Positions 26,601 to 37,726 of a stretch of DNA of 64,000 nucleotides are shown here, piece by piece. The notes beneath the pieces were generated by a model. It did no database searches, was not told the DNA's origin, and saw only the letters and a program-made list of their open reading frames with translations. Positions within the stretch are counted from its first letter, which is position 1. The number at the start of each line of letters is the position of its first letter. Position numbers and translations under genes: made by a program. This DNA is from Psilocybe cubensis. Lineage: Eukaryota. Location of the stretch: assembly GCA_017499595.2 (NCBI GenBank), contig CM039009.1, positions 992,001-1,056,000 on the forward strand, read 5' to 3'.

Positions 26601-29600
26601 ACTATCCTTCTTCAGAATCTGACTGTGAACAGTTATCACATCAAACGACTTTGCCTATCCTGAGAAAGTATATCCCCAATCACAAGCCCCATCTCGAGAG
26701 GATTATTCAGGTCTCCGACTCGGTCGCGGCACGAGTTGAAATGCTTTCCACCGTCTCCAGTCTACCCCATTGCCATACATATTATTGCATACGGAAGCGC
26801 TCCCGGCTCCCGAGGTTCAAGGTCCAGGTGAACGACACCCGAAAACCGAGAGCAAAGAATATGACTCCGCAAGCAAGCTCGGCTCCAGGTTTTTTCAAGT
26901 CTGAAGCCTGACGGCAGTGAGAACCAATGCATGCCGTCTTTCGCCCTTCTCAGACATCATTCGCACGGCAGGGACGCACACTCACGCCTAAAAATCACTA
27001 ACGCCACGCAGATCCCACAGAGACGCCGTCGCCAGGCATGCCAAGTCGCATACGCCTTCTAGCCTAGCATAGCCGCAACGCGTCTGAAATTGCATTTCCT
27101 TTAAGCGGATCGTCAATAGACAGCGAGGGCTCGCCGAACGCGGGTTTAGTATCAACTCCAATTGACAAAACCAACAGAACCATGCATGAGGCTGGCGTAC
27201 CATGGAACCGGGTTATTAACAACATGTTGTAGGTGCGGCAAGGCCAGTGCTAGTTTTTCTAGTGACAACTCTGACAGTTAGATATCATTCAGTCTGTGTT
27301 TCGCCTCACCTTGAAAGCGTTATTTGCACTTGAACGGCAGGAAAGTATCAATAGCCTCTGGCGACCGGGGCATTGCCAGACCAGCCTTCACAAATAGGAT
27401 GGGAATAGAATACGGAATAGCTTTTGGTTAGGCACAGGGTAAACACTTCAACGAGCTCCTCGCGGCTCACCTTGGACGGAGGAGCCTCATGGATCATGTA
27501 CAAACAGACCAGCAGCAGCAGCAGCAACCTGGCTGACCTTGCATGACATTCCAAGAAGCGGGTGTGGGCAGTGCTGCCCACGCGTTGCGCATCCGCATCC
27601 CGCCGTAACACAGAACCTTGGACAGCGCAGATGCCCGCGTCCGCGTCCCTCGACCAAGGAGATCGGACCATGGCGGCGTCAAGTCCGTCAGTCATTTAGA
27701 TCTGTGCGCGTTAAATGTGTCCCTGATGCTGATGCAGGGATGTACTGATAATGCATACCATGAATCAGTATCAGAATCATACGACTGCCGACTGCACACC
27801 GCACACACACACACACTTCTCTCAAAATAAGTACCACTGCTCATCGTGATCACTGTATCCACTGGAACGAAGTCGAAACAAGGCGAATTAACGTCCAGAA
27901 CACGAACACTGACAGGACAGACCTGTTCCGTTTTTTATAGATTGCGGCAGATGCGTCCTATCTTTAACACACGAGAAAGAGTGAGATCGCATAGTAAGCC
28001 CGGCAGGTGGAATGAGTAAGATCGAGCTCGAGTCCGAGTCTGTTATAGAGCTTTTTAGTCAGCCCGCGATGCGAGATTTGCGATTTGCGATTTCGAATTG
28101 AAAGCGAGCAAGCAAACCAAACCGCTTGTCATTCTATGTATAGCGGGGGTTGGTGGTGCTTCAGTAATGCTAATAGTAGGTGGTGGACCTACCGATTTTA
28201 ATAATAATCTGCGCGGGAGCCTGAAGTCCAGCACTCAAGTAAAGAGTACCCAAGCTCACACTGATACTCCACGCCTGCTGCGGCCGCACGCTGTCTCTCG
28301 CCCAAGTAGTGGTTAACAGTCGCAGACTCATCGTCGACTGCTGGTTTTCAATATCATAGCCCCTAACTGTCTAGCAATCCAGCCAAAAGCACCGTACCAA
28401 CTTCATTTCACCATGCAAAACGAGCAAATGTACAAAAAACATTGTATATTCGACTTTAGTAAGTAAGTAATAGTACTGAAAACTAAGATTTATTGTATAC
28501 GTATTGTATAATTCATCATCATCATCATCATGCATCATCAGAGAAAAGTGAAGAGAAAAATAGTAGATGGTAGTACTGTAACCATAGCGGACAAAGGTAA
28601 CAAACAAACAAACAAGAAGCAATCGATGATAGTATGAGATGGAGAGAGAGAGATGAGATGGTACAGAAAGCGAGTAGCCGAAGAGAAGAGAGAAGAGAGA
28701 GGAAAAAGGGAAAAGGGAAAAGAAAACTCGGGGGTCGGTAGTGGTAGTGGTAGGTAGTAAAAGTATAACAAGTTGAGCCAATTCAGACAAACAGATAAGC
28801 AAGATAAAAGGGGAAGAGGACAAGGAAGAGCCAGAGGAAAGAGTAAAGAGGAAAAAAGGAGAAGGAGGAGAGAGGAGAGAAGAAGAGGAAGAGAAGCATT
28901 ATCTATCTAATCAAAATAAGTAACGCACAACAAGCAATTACAATTGGTGAGCAGGATGTTGTCGAATCATAAAGTACCACAAAAAAGCAGAAGAATAATA
29001 AAGTGGATAATGTAAAGGTTGATATGTTGTCGTCAATTTTGTGACAGTGCATGGATATGTGCGAGGATGGGTTGGCTTTAAAACTGCAGCCATCCTTGCG
29101 ATTTTTTGGGGTGGGCTTTCACGCGAAAAGCGTGGTAGACTTTGATTTTTGATTTTTGGCCAGAGCGCGCGTGTGTGTGTGTGATCACCCTTGCCGTTGG
29201 CCACCGGCCCTTCGTTCCTTGCCTTCGCCGTCCTCTAATCTAATAAAGGTATTCGTACCGCTCGCGCGAGTCCAAAGTCTTGATATCGACATGCACAGCA
29301 TTCGACGGTGGCGTTAAACGTGTATACAATGGTTAAATTTTCAGATCTCGGCGAGCGTTTTCATTTTCCGTGATTCGGTTTTGTGTTTTTGGACGAGCGA
29401 GGAGCGATAAGGCAGGCGGTGCAGTTGCATGAAGTGTGCGGGGGTCGAAGAGGCGTGTGAGTATGTGTGACGAGCGCGATTGGCCTATGGTTTGTTATGT
29501 GGATGGAGTTGGGTTACCGCAGCTACAACCGTTCGGTTCAGTTTCGTTACGAAACCCAAACACGGTGGTTGTAGTCGGAGGATGTGTGTGTATGTGGTGC

Positions 29601-30658
29601 AAGCATGACGGTTGTTTGGGGCGTGGTGCGGAGTGGAGCGCAATACACCGTACGATGCGATGCGGCATCGTTGTAACACAACAACGACAACAAGGAGAAT
29701 GAGGATGAGAGCGGGGGGTGGCAGGGATGAAGAAGAGTGTAGATGGGAAATAGGGGAAAGAAAAAAAGAGGAAACATAAGCAGAAAGAAAGAAAAACATG
29801 GCAGAAAGGGGAAGCAGGAAGAAGGGGGGCATAAGCACGAAAACCAAACAAAGATCTATAAAGTATAAGTATACCAAAATACTATACGGAGTTTGAGTTT
29901 GCTAATACAGCCTTCGATCTATATTGGAGAGAAGGAAAAGGAGGAGGAGGAGGGAAAAAATATAGAGATGGCATAGTGATGATAAGACAAACAAAGAGAA
30001 AAAAAACAACATAGAGCCGAAACAGAGAGATAAACACGAAAAGGAACACAGAAAAGAGGCAAGACAAAAAAAACCGAAACAACAAAGAAAAAAAAAAAAC
30101 ACAAGAGCGGTGTATCGACCTCGTCAAAAAAGCAAGGCCGGATCTAATTTTTTTTGCAGTGGACAATGAGATGGCAAATGGTGTCGAGTGAGGATGAGGA
30201 TGATGCGCCGACGATCAACATCGGACGGACTGTCTAACAAATGCCGGTGATAACGATGACGATGACGATGATGGATGGAAAAAAAAATCTAAACATGGCC
30301 CATTCCGCTACCTGGCGAGTAACGTCGGAAGGTCGTGGGTGGTGGTGGTGGTGGTGCTAGTTGGCAAGACGAAAGACGAAATGATGGGTAATGCTAGACA
30401 TGGTGATGGTCGGGCGAGAATGAGGGCGAACTGTACAACAACAACAACAATAAACGCTGTCGTCACAACCCAACCGCCGTTCTAATTTTTTTTTTGTTTG
30501 CCTATAAATATAAAGTAGAGAAGCTATACATCAGCGCCCGCTGCAAGCCAAACCCAAAACAAAAACAAGAACGTTGGGTCTTAAGAGAGAGCAGCTCAAC
30601 TCACCTGCCATTCAACACCTCCATGCCCCAAGTCAAACACCTCTACACACTCTACACC

Positions 30659-33600
30659 TCACCGTCCCATACCCTGATGCCCATGCCCATACGTATAATA
30701 CTCCATCCCACCTGCACCCGCATTAGAGCCAGCACCACCACCTAGCTGATAATACTGCTGCTGCTGGCCATCTCCTGCACTCTGGTTCGCACTTCCATTC
30801 ACAGGCGAAGAGCCGCCACTCGAATTGGCGTTGGCATTAGCGTTGGCGTCCTCAGCAGAAGGCGAAGACGGAGACGATGCACCACCAGTCGCCACAGACG
30901 TGGCACCAGCACCAGCACCGGAGGAGGAGGAGGCAGAGGCAGAGGCGGAGCTAAGCCCCAACCCAAGACTCAAACTGTTCATCGCAAACGTATCCCTCCC
31001 TTGTCCCTGTCCCTGTGCCTGCGCATCACCCCGAGGCGACGAAGACCCCGCGCGGCGCAACGGCGACATCGCCATCGCCTCCGTCCCAGTCCCAGTCCCC
31101 GACATACCCATAGGCATACCCATACCCATGCCCATTGGCATAGACATACCCATACCCATAGGCGTAGATAGAGGAAGAGGAAGAGGAGCGGGGCCCATGT
31201 CCATGTCGAGCTCCATTTCCATGTCTTGTACCTGCTGTTGCTGGGCTTGTTGTTGCTGTTGCTGAGCCTGTTGTTGGGCTTGTTGCTGTTGCTGGGCTTG
31301 CTGCTGTTGCTGCTGATGGGCCTGCGCCTGAGCTTGCGCATACTGCCGCTGGTACTGCTGCGCATAATGCGTATACGCCGCATACTGCTGCTGCTGCTGT
31401 TGTTGTTGTTGTTGCTGCTGGGTAGGAGACGCCTGAGCCTGCTGATGCGGAGACCCAGCACCCGACCCGGAGCCAGAGCCAGCTGCGCTGCCCCCGCTCG
31501 AGTGCCGCGAGTGTCCAGGCGACGCTGTCGTCGAGTTCGCCGTCGTATTGGCAGCGGAAGAAGAGTTGGCACTAGCATTGGCAGAAGCCGCAGACGCGTT
31601 CGCGGCGCTCGAGCCAGTGGTGGGTACCACGAACGGCTGCGCATGCACCGTCGGCGCTGTCGTCGGCGTAATCGCCGTCGTCTTCAACTGCCCTTGTCCT
31701 TGTCCTTGTCCTTGCTGCTGCTGCTGTTGCTGCTGCTGTTGCGTGGAAGTACTATTCGACGCATTCCCCGACCCCGCATTCACATTCGAACTAGAATACA
31801 TCCCCAAACCCAACCCAAGCCCGAGCCCAAGACCCACATGCCCATGCCCATGGCCAAACGCCGTAGAGGTAGTAGCACCCGACGCAGGCTGCACAGGCTG
31901 CGGCGTGCCCACGCGGCTGCTCGCAACACTCACACTCCCCGCCCTGCTCACCGGCACACTCGCGCTTCCACCCGCAGCAGCAGCACGCATCATCGCTGCG
32001 CTGATCCCGCTCATGCCCCCTACACCACCCGCACCCCCCCCTCCGAGCGCCGCACCGCTCGAGTTCGTTCTAACCACGCCCCCGTGCGCACTCTGCCCGT
32101 GCCCGTGCCCATGCAGGTGCTGATGCTGATGCTGATTCCCATGCCCATGCCCATGGCCCCTCTTCCCCACTCCCAAACACTCATGCTGTCCACTCGCCAG
32201 CAACGCAAGTCCAACCGCACCATGATCCCCACTATGCTGATAATGATACCTCAACCCGTTCATATTCTTATACCGCCGCTGACACTCGCCTACACCGCAC
32301 GCGAACGGGCGCAGGCGGCGCTCGGCCTCGCGCTCGACCTCGCGCAGCTCAGCGTCGGGGATCGCGGAGAGATCGGAGTATGTGAGCGAGAGAATGGATG
32401 TGGGCGAGAGCGGGGTGGTGGGTGTAGAGGGTGTAGTGGCGGATGAGGATGCGATGGGGACCGGTGCTGTTCCCGTCGCTGTCGCTGTAGTCGATGAGGA
32501 CGAGGACGTAGACGCAACAGGCGCACTGCCCAACGACGCACTGCGCGTCAACCCACTCTGCTGCTGCTGCTGCTGCCCCTGCTGCTGTGGCTGCCCACCA
32601 ACAGTAACACCCTGCCCCTCGCGCTCCCTCCTCTTCCTCTCCAACAAATCCTTCACATGCTCCAAATCCTTCGGCGGCGCAAAATTACAGCTCCCATGCG
32701 TCATATGATACTTGAGCCCGTTCGCCTGCTTATAGCTCTTATTACAATTCGGCTTCGGGCATCTGAATGGTTTGCTCAGGAGCAACGACGGGCCGGACGC
32801 CGCGCGCGCAGACGACGGCGTCGTCGCACCGCCGTTCGCGGCGGAGGCGGACGGGTTCGCAGAGGACGGCGAGGGCACGGCGGACGCGGGTGTAGACGCG
32901 GACGCACCGCCCAGCGCGGTGTTCAGCGTCAGCCCGAGCCCAAGCCCAGAGGACGCAGCGGCGGCAGAGCGCGCGGCCGTCGGCGTCGGCGGGGCAGTCG
33001 CACTTGCACCGGCACCGAGACCAGCCGCGTGCTGCTGGTGTTGTTGATGCTTCGCCGCATTTTGCTGGTGTTTGCGCTGGTGGTGCTGTGGGTGCGCGTG
33101 TTGCTCTGACGGGCTGGTGCCGCTTTCGCCCGGCACGCTCGTCGTGCTCGCGAAGAGCAGCGCGGGGGGAACACATCCTGTGCCCTCGCCAACGCCCATA
33201 CCCATCCCCGCGCCCATCCTCGCATCCCACGTACCACCCGCACCGCCATCCGCACCACCCGCGCCCGCACCCCCATACCCGCTCGGGGGACTCACAACCA
33301 CACTCGCCTCATCCACTGTCGCACCATTAAACTGCGCGCCCGGCAAACAGCTCGAATAATCCGACGCGAAGCGCGCGTACGGGTTGAACGCCTCTTCCGG
33401 ATGCGCGAGGTACGTGTTATGCGCGCCTGCGCCGTGCGTGCTCGGTGCGCGCAGGAACGCGTTAGCGTGAGCGAGGTTCAGGTTGAGGTTTGGACGGTGC
33501 TGCGTCTGCGATTGATTCTGAGTCTGCTGTTGTTGTGTTTGCTGTTGCTGCTGGCTCTGGTGCGTAGGCGAATTGTGCCGGGTCGAGGACGAACCGCCTT

Positions 33601-34778
33601 CATATGAAGGGGACGACGGCGCGGTGATATACGGCGACGCATTTCCTCCATTTCCACTTGCAAACTGCTGCTGCAACCCCCCAGGCAACCCGCCTGCTGC
33701 GAAAGGATGCGGCGACGGGTACGCGGAGAGCGGCGTCGATATAGGCGTGTCCGGGGGCGTCGTCGCACATGACGACGGGGACGAGCGGGAGGAAAGGGAC
33801 GACGCGGATGTAGGCGGCGGAGGAGGAGGAGCATCGAGCTCGATGTCGAGGTCCATGTCATCCGGCTCAAAGGAGGCGTGCGCATAATGACTCTGCGGCT
33901 GGTGCATCTGCTGTTGCTGGAACTGTTGTTGCTGTTGTTGTTGCTGCTGGAATTGTTGCTGTTGCTGCTGTTGTTGGTGCTGTTGGACGGGGGAGGAGTC
34001 GTGCACAGTGGGGTTGAATGGGATTTGGATGTGCGCGTGGGGCTGCGCGGAGGTTGGGTCGAGCACGACGATGTGCACGTCCTCAAAGTGCTCCAGCAGC
34101 GCGTGCAGGTCCGTCAGATGCTGCCCGCAGCAAGTGTAGTTTCGGCACTAATACAAGTGGCATATATTAGTCAGACACTCAAAGTGGAGGAGATGGAGGA
34201 GGAGGAAAAAAGCAACGCACCAGCTCGCCCTCGCGCTCAAACACATTCAGCGCGTTCATAATGCTATCGCTCTCTGGCGTCTTGCCGCTTCTAAAATTAT
34301 TCAAACTATTCCCATCCCGTCAACAAAAAAACTTTGCAAAAAAGACACCAAAATAAAAAAACCCAAACACTTACTCGATACTGCTCAACAACTGGGCCGT
34401 GGGCGATCCAACGGGGAACCTATTCCCACTCGACCAGGAGCCAACACCACCGGCACCGTTTCCCGCTCCAAGACTACCGAATGCCATGCCACTCCCGCCA
34501 AGACTGCCAACGCCCATGCCCATACCGAAGGAGCCCGCGCGCCAGGAGATGGGGGAGCCAAGGAAGTGGCGGGTGAAGGAGGCGGGGTTGAAGGTGCCCG
34601 AGTCGGAGCCCGCGCCGTCGTCCTGCATCATCGCGTAGTCGTGCAGGCCGCTGCTGCTACTGCTTCCGCCTGCCTGCGTTGGCGGGTGGTTGCTCTGCTG
34701 GGTGTATTGCGAAGAGTGGTGGTGGTGGTGGTGTGGGTGCTGCTGTGGCAGCGCGATAGGCTGTGAGTGCGCTATCAT
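30659..34778 (-). CDS. SFP1: Sfp1-like split C2H2 zinc-finger transcription factor with very large low-complexity expansions (exons about 34778-34375, 34290-34222, 34147-30659)
   Basis: N-terminal FLGSPISWR; EREGEL/CRNYTCCGQHLTDLHALLEHFEDVH; split fingers KPFRCPKPNCNKSYKQANGLKYHMTHGSC and RPFACGVGECQRRYKNMNGLRYHYQHS. Confidence 0.9.
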
Positions 34779-36823
34779 GTTTAAGTTGTGTTGGTGGGTG
34801 TTGGAAGTGTGTAGAGTAGATGGATATAGTGTACTGGGGTCGGTTGTGGGGTTGTGTGGTTGTCAAGTACAAATGTATGCGTTGCCTGACCGACTCGAAA
34901 TCGAAGTCGAATAATGCAATCCAATCCCCAAGGGAGAGAAAAAAAAGAGGCAAGATGGGGTCTAGACAGAGGAAGAGTCGTATATGTATGGACAATTAGA
35001 TAGAGCAAAAAAGCGAAAAAGCAAGGCAAAGTGGAGGAGGGAGAAGGAGTAAAGAGTCGAAGTAGATGTATGTAAGAGGAGAGAAGGGATCAGATTGGCG
35101 TGTGCATCAAGATGCGAGGCCCAAGGGGTCTCTCTTCTTATCCGCCTCCTGCGACTTCTGCCACCCCTTCCGAAATAACCAAACCCAGTCAACTCACTCC
35201 GACCCAAGCCTACGGCCGTCCTCCCGATCCCAAGCGAGGCACCGCCACTATCTTGAACCGGTCTGGTTCACTTCTCACTCTCGGACTCGGAGGTCCATAG
35301 ACCCCCGGGACTCCCTCCCCCGGTCTGTCTGAGTAAGACGCCAGAGGCCACGCCCACCGACGCTATACCCCGACGCGAACACGCACATCGGGTCTTGCGC
35401 CAACCGTGCGGCGTGCGGCGTGCGCGGTGGATGGATATGACTGCGCCGCGACATCGTTCTTGCAAGCTAAACATCTTCCTCCCGCTCCAGCTTAATTCTT
35501 CAACCACTTTCCCCCGGGTGTGCCGGCGCCTTTGTGTTCACCTTTTCCTTCTCCTTCAATCTGCATTCAGCTTCGCCTTCATCCTGGATTCAACTTCGAC
35601 TTCGTTCCTCGTCGCATCCGCTGGCTGTCGGGCAGGGGATTCATAATAACCGTATACATATTCATACCCATTCCCCGAACTTGTGTGTGTAGTATCTTAA
35701 AGTTCTTTCCGAGCAGCTGTTAATTTCGATTATGTCGGCGTATTCAAACTTGCATTTCCTTTCCTTTCCCGATTTTCATTGCATCTCATTTCCCACCCTC
35801 CTCGAGTCTCGACACATCTTCCACCTCCCCGTCCGACTCCGAATGCAACTCCAACTCGGTGCGCACCGCACGGACGCGACATTCAACACTGCGCTTTCCC
35901 ATTCATTCTCTTCTCTTCTATTCCATTCTATTTCATTTCATCTCATCTAATATAAAGCACCCAAACAAAACCTAATGGTATGGTATGTTATGTTATGTTA
36001 TATCAAAGTTAATGTATTAGAATGCATCGTGCAGTGGATATAGTGGATACCGTTACCGTCGCGACTCCATATCCATACCCTCCATAACCATATCTTCCAT
36101 ATCGTATCCACGACTATACCATTCCCATTCCCATCGACGCCGCTCGAATCGAATCCACGGACGATATTATTAACCTGCCCAGTGCGTACGTGCGTCTCTC
36201 TTAAATCACATAGCAGTCTTTCGCATTTCTTGGCATTTATGATTTAAACCTACAAGTTGCAGCTTACAACTTAATCATATTATAATCCATCCAACTCCTT
36301 CCTTCTCGTAATTGATACATCGCACATTATGTAGAGTCGTAGACAGCATCACAACCTCGGAAATCATTTACTACATCCATTACATATACACCAATTACCT
36401 CAACCACAAATTCACAAATCACAATCAACATCCTAACAAAATAAGCGTTCCCATCCCCCTCCCTTTCCCCATTTCCTTCCTCTTCCATCAGCCCTTCCAT
36501 CAGCCCTACCCTGCTAGGCCCTGTTCTGCCCCAAGGGGCCAAGCGTCTAAACTATACCTAAATGCTTATAGTAGTCTTCATTCAACACGAGACGCCTATC
36601 GAAATACTATTAAAAATACATTAAATTTATAGTATATACATAATCGATGCTCCGATCCCTTGTTCTCGGATTCGTGGGTTTGTGGCTGTTCATGATCAAG
36701 TGCGTGGGGTGTAGCTGTATTCGCGGGGTTGTGTGATTGTACATTTGAACATTTGAAAATATGAAGTAATGAGCGGTTGAGCAGTTGAGAGGATATGAAG
36801 TTGAACATACGCCATGTGGTGAT

Positions 36824-37726
36824 AGGACCCCCGGTAATGAGGGAGGAGCCCAGATCCCTATCCGGACAAATTTTGGGCAATTTTGAGCATAAGGCAAGGT
36901 ACCATCCGGACAAAAAAGCGACAAAACATGTCAAAAGGTAGGGTACAAAAAATTGTTCTGGTCCAGACAAATTTCAAGATTTTGGAGGTATGCTAGAGCT
37001 GTTGTCCAGACAAATTTGGTCGAATGATTGTCAGCCTTGTGGTGTAGTAGTTGGTGGTGCCAGTGAATTTTTAGTGACCTCTCTTAATTATGATGCCCGT
37101 TTGAATCCTAGTGTGGTTGATTTTTGAGTTCGTTTTTTTACATTTTGTGGCTAGTATTTCATATTCTTGTAACGTAGGATCAATGCGGTGTTGTTCTAAT
37201 CCCATCGATTCAATTTCTTTCTACTATCAAGTCAAGCGCATTCGTGCCACTAGAGCCAGCCCCAACTTCGATTGAATTGTCGCCCGCAGATTTTGGACAC
37301 TTCAAATCATTGCGAGAGGGACTCGGGTCAATTGTTAGGGTTCTCGAGTCTCGAGAAATACAACAAGCGTTCGCCAGCTGTATGATACTTTCATCTTTAC
37401 GAAAATGTATTATATGTTACGTTACAGTACATTTCTTTTATTTAAATTGTATACATATGTTGTCAATGCGATTTAAGCCTCCTAGAGGGGCAAAAAAGTA
37501 AGCCGGGGGGCGAAAAATTAGGCCAGGAGACGAAAAAGCAGGCCAGGGGACGCCATCCGGACAAAAATTGACCAGAAATAGGCAGGGTACCAAAAATTTT
37601 GGTTGTCCGGACCAAAACCGAAATTTTTTTCGAGGCCAGGTGCAATCCGGACAAAAATTCACAAAATCTGTCCGGACAAATTCTCGGTCTTGGGATCAAG
37701 CCTTTTCTGTCATTACCGGGGGTCCT
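36824..37726. mobile_element. Non-autonomous TIR DNA transposon (MITE-like, 903 bp, 8-bp TSD)
   Basis: Perfect 17-bp TIR AGGACCCCCGGTAATGA (36824-36840) / TCATTACCGGGGGTCCT (37710-37726); direct repeat GTGGTGAT at 36816-36823 and 37727-37734; eight TCC(G/A)GAC(A/C)AA subterminal motifs; no transposase ORF. Confidence 0.93.
37031..37125 (+). other. Degenerate tRNA-like / Pol III promoter-like sequence inside the MITE
   Basis: A-box-like TGGTGTAGTAGTTGG, B-box-like GTTTGAATCC (37099-37108), ends TCAGCC/GGTTGA can pair, followed by TTTTT. T-stem and anticodon arm do not fold properly. Confidence 0.35.

Noticed and set aside
26469-26663. Short Cys-containing ORF considered as a mating pheromone precursor
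   Set aside because: No terminal CaaX-stop and no STE3 receptor in the window.
30825-34261. Long plus-strand and alternate-frame ORFs over SFP1 (e.g. 31226-32446, poly-L/poly-C)
   Set aside because: Antisense shadows of GC-rich CAG/GCN repeats; no independent domain.
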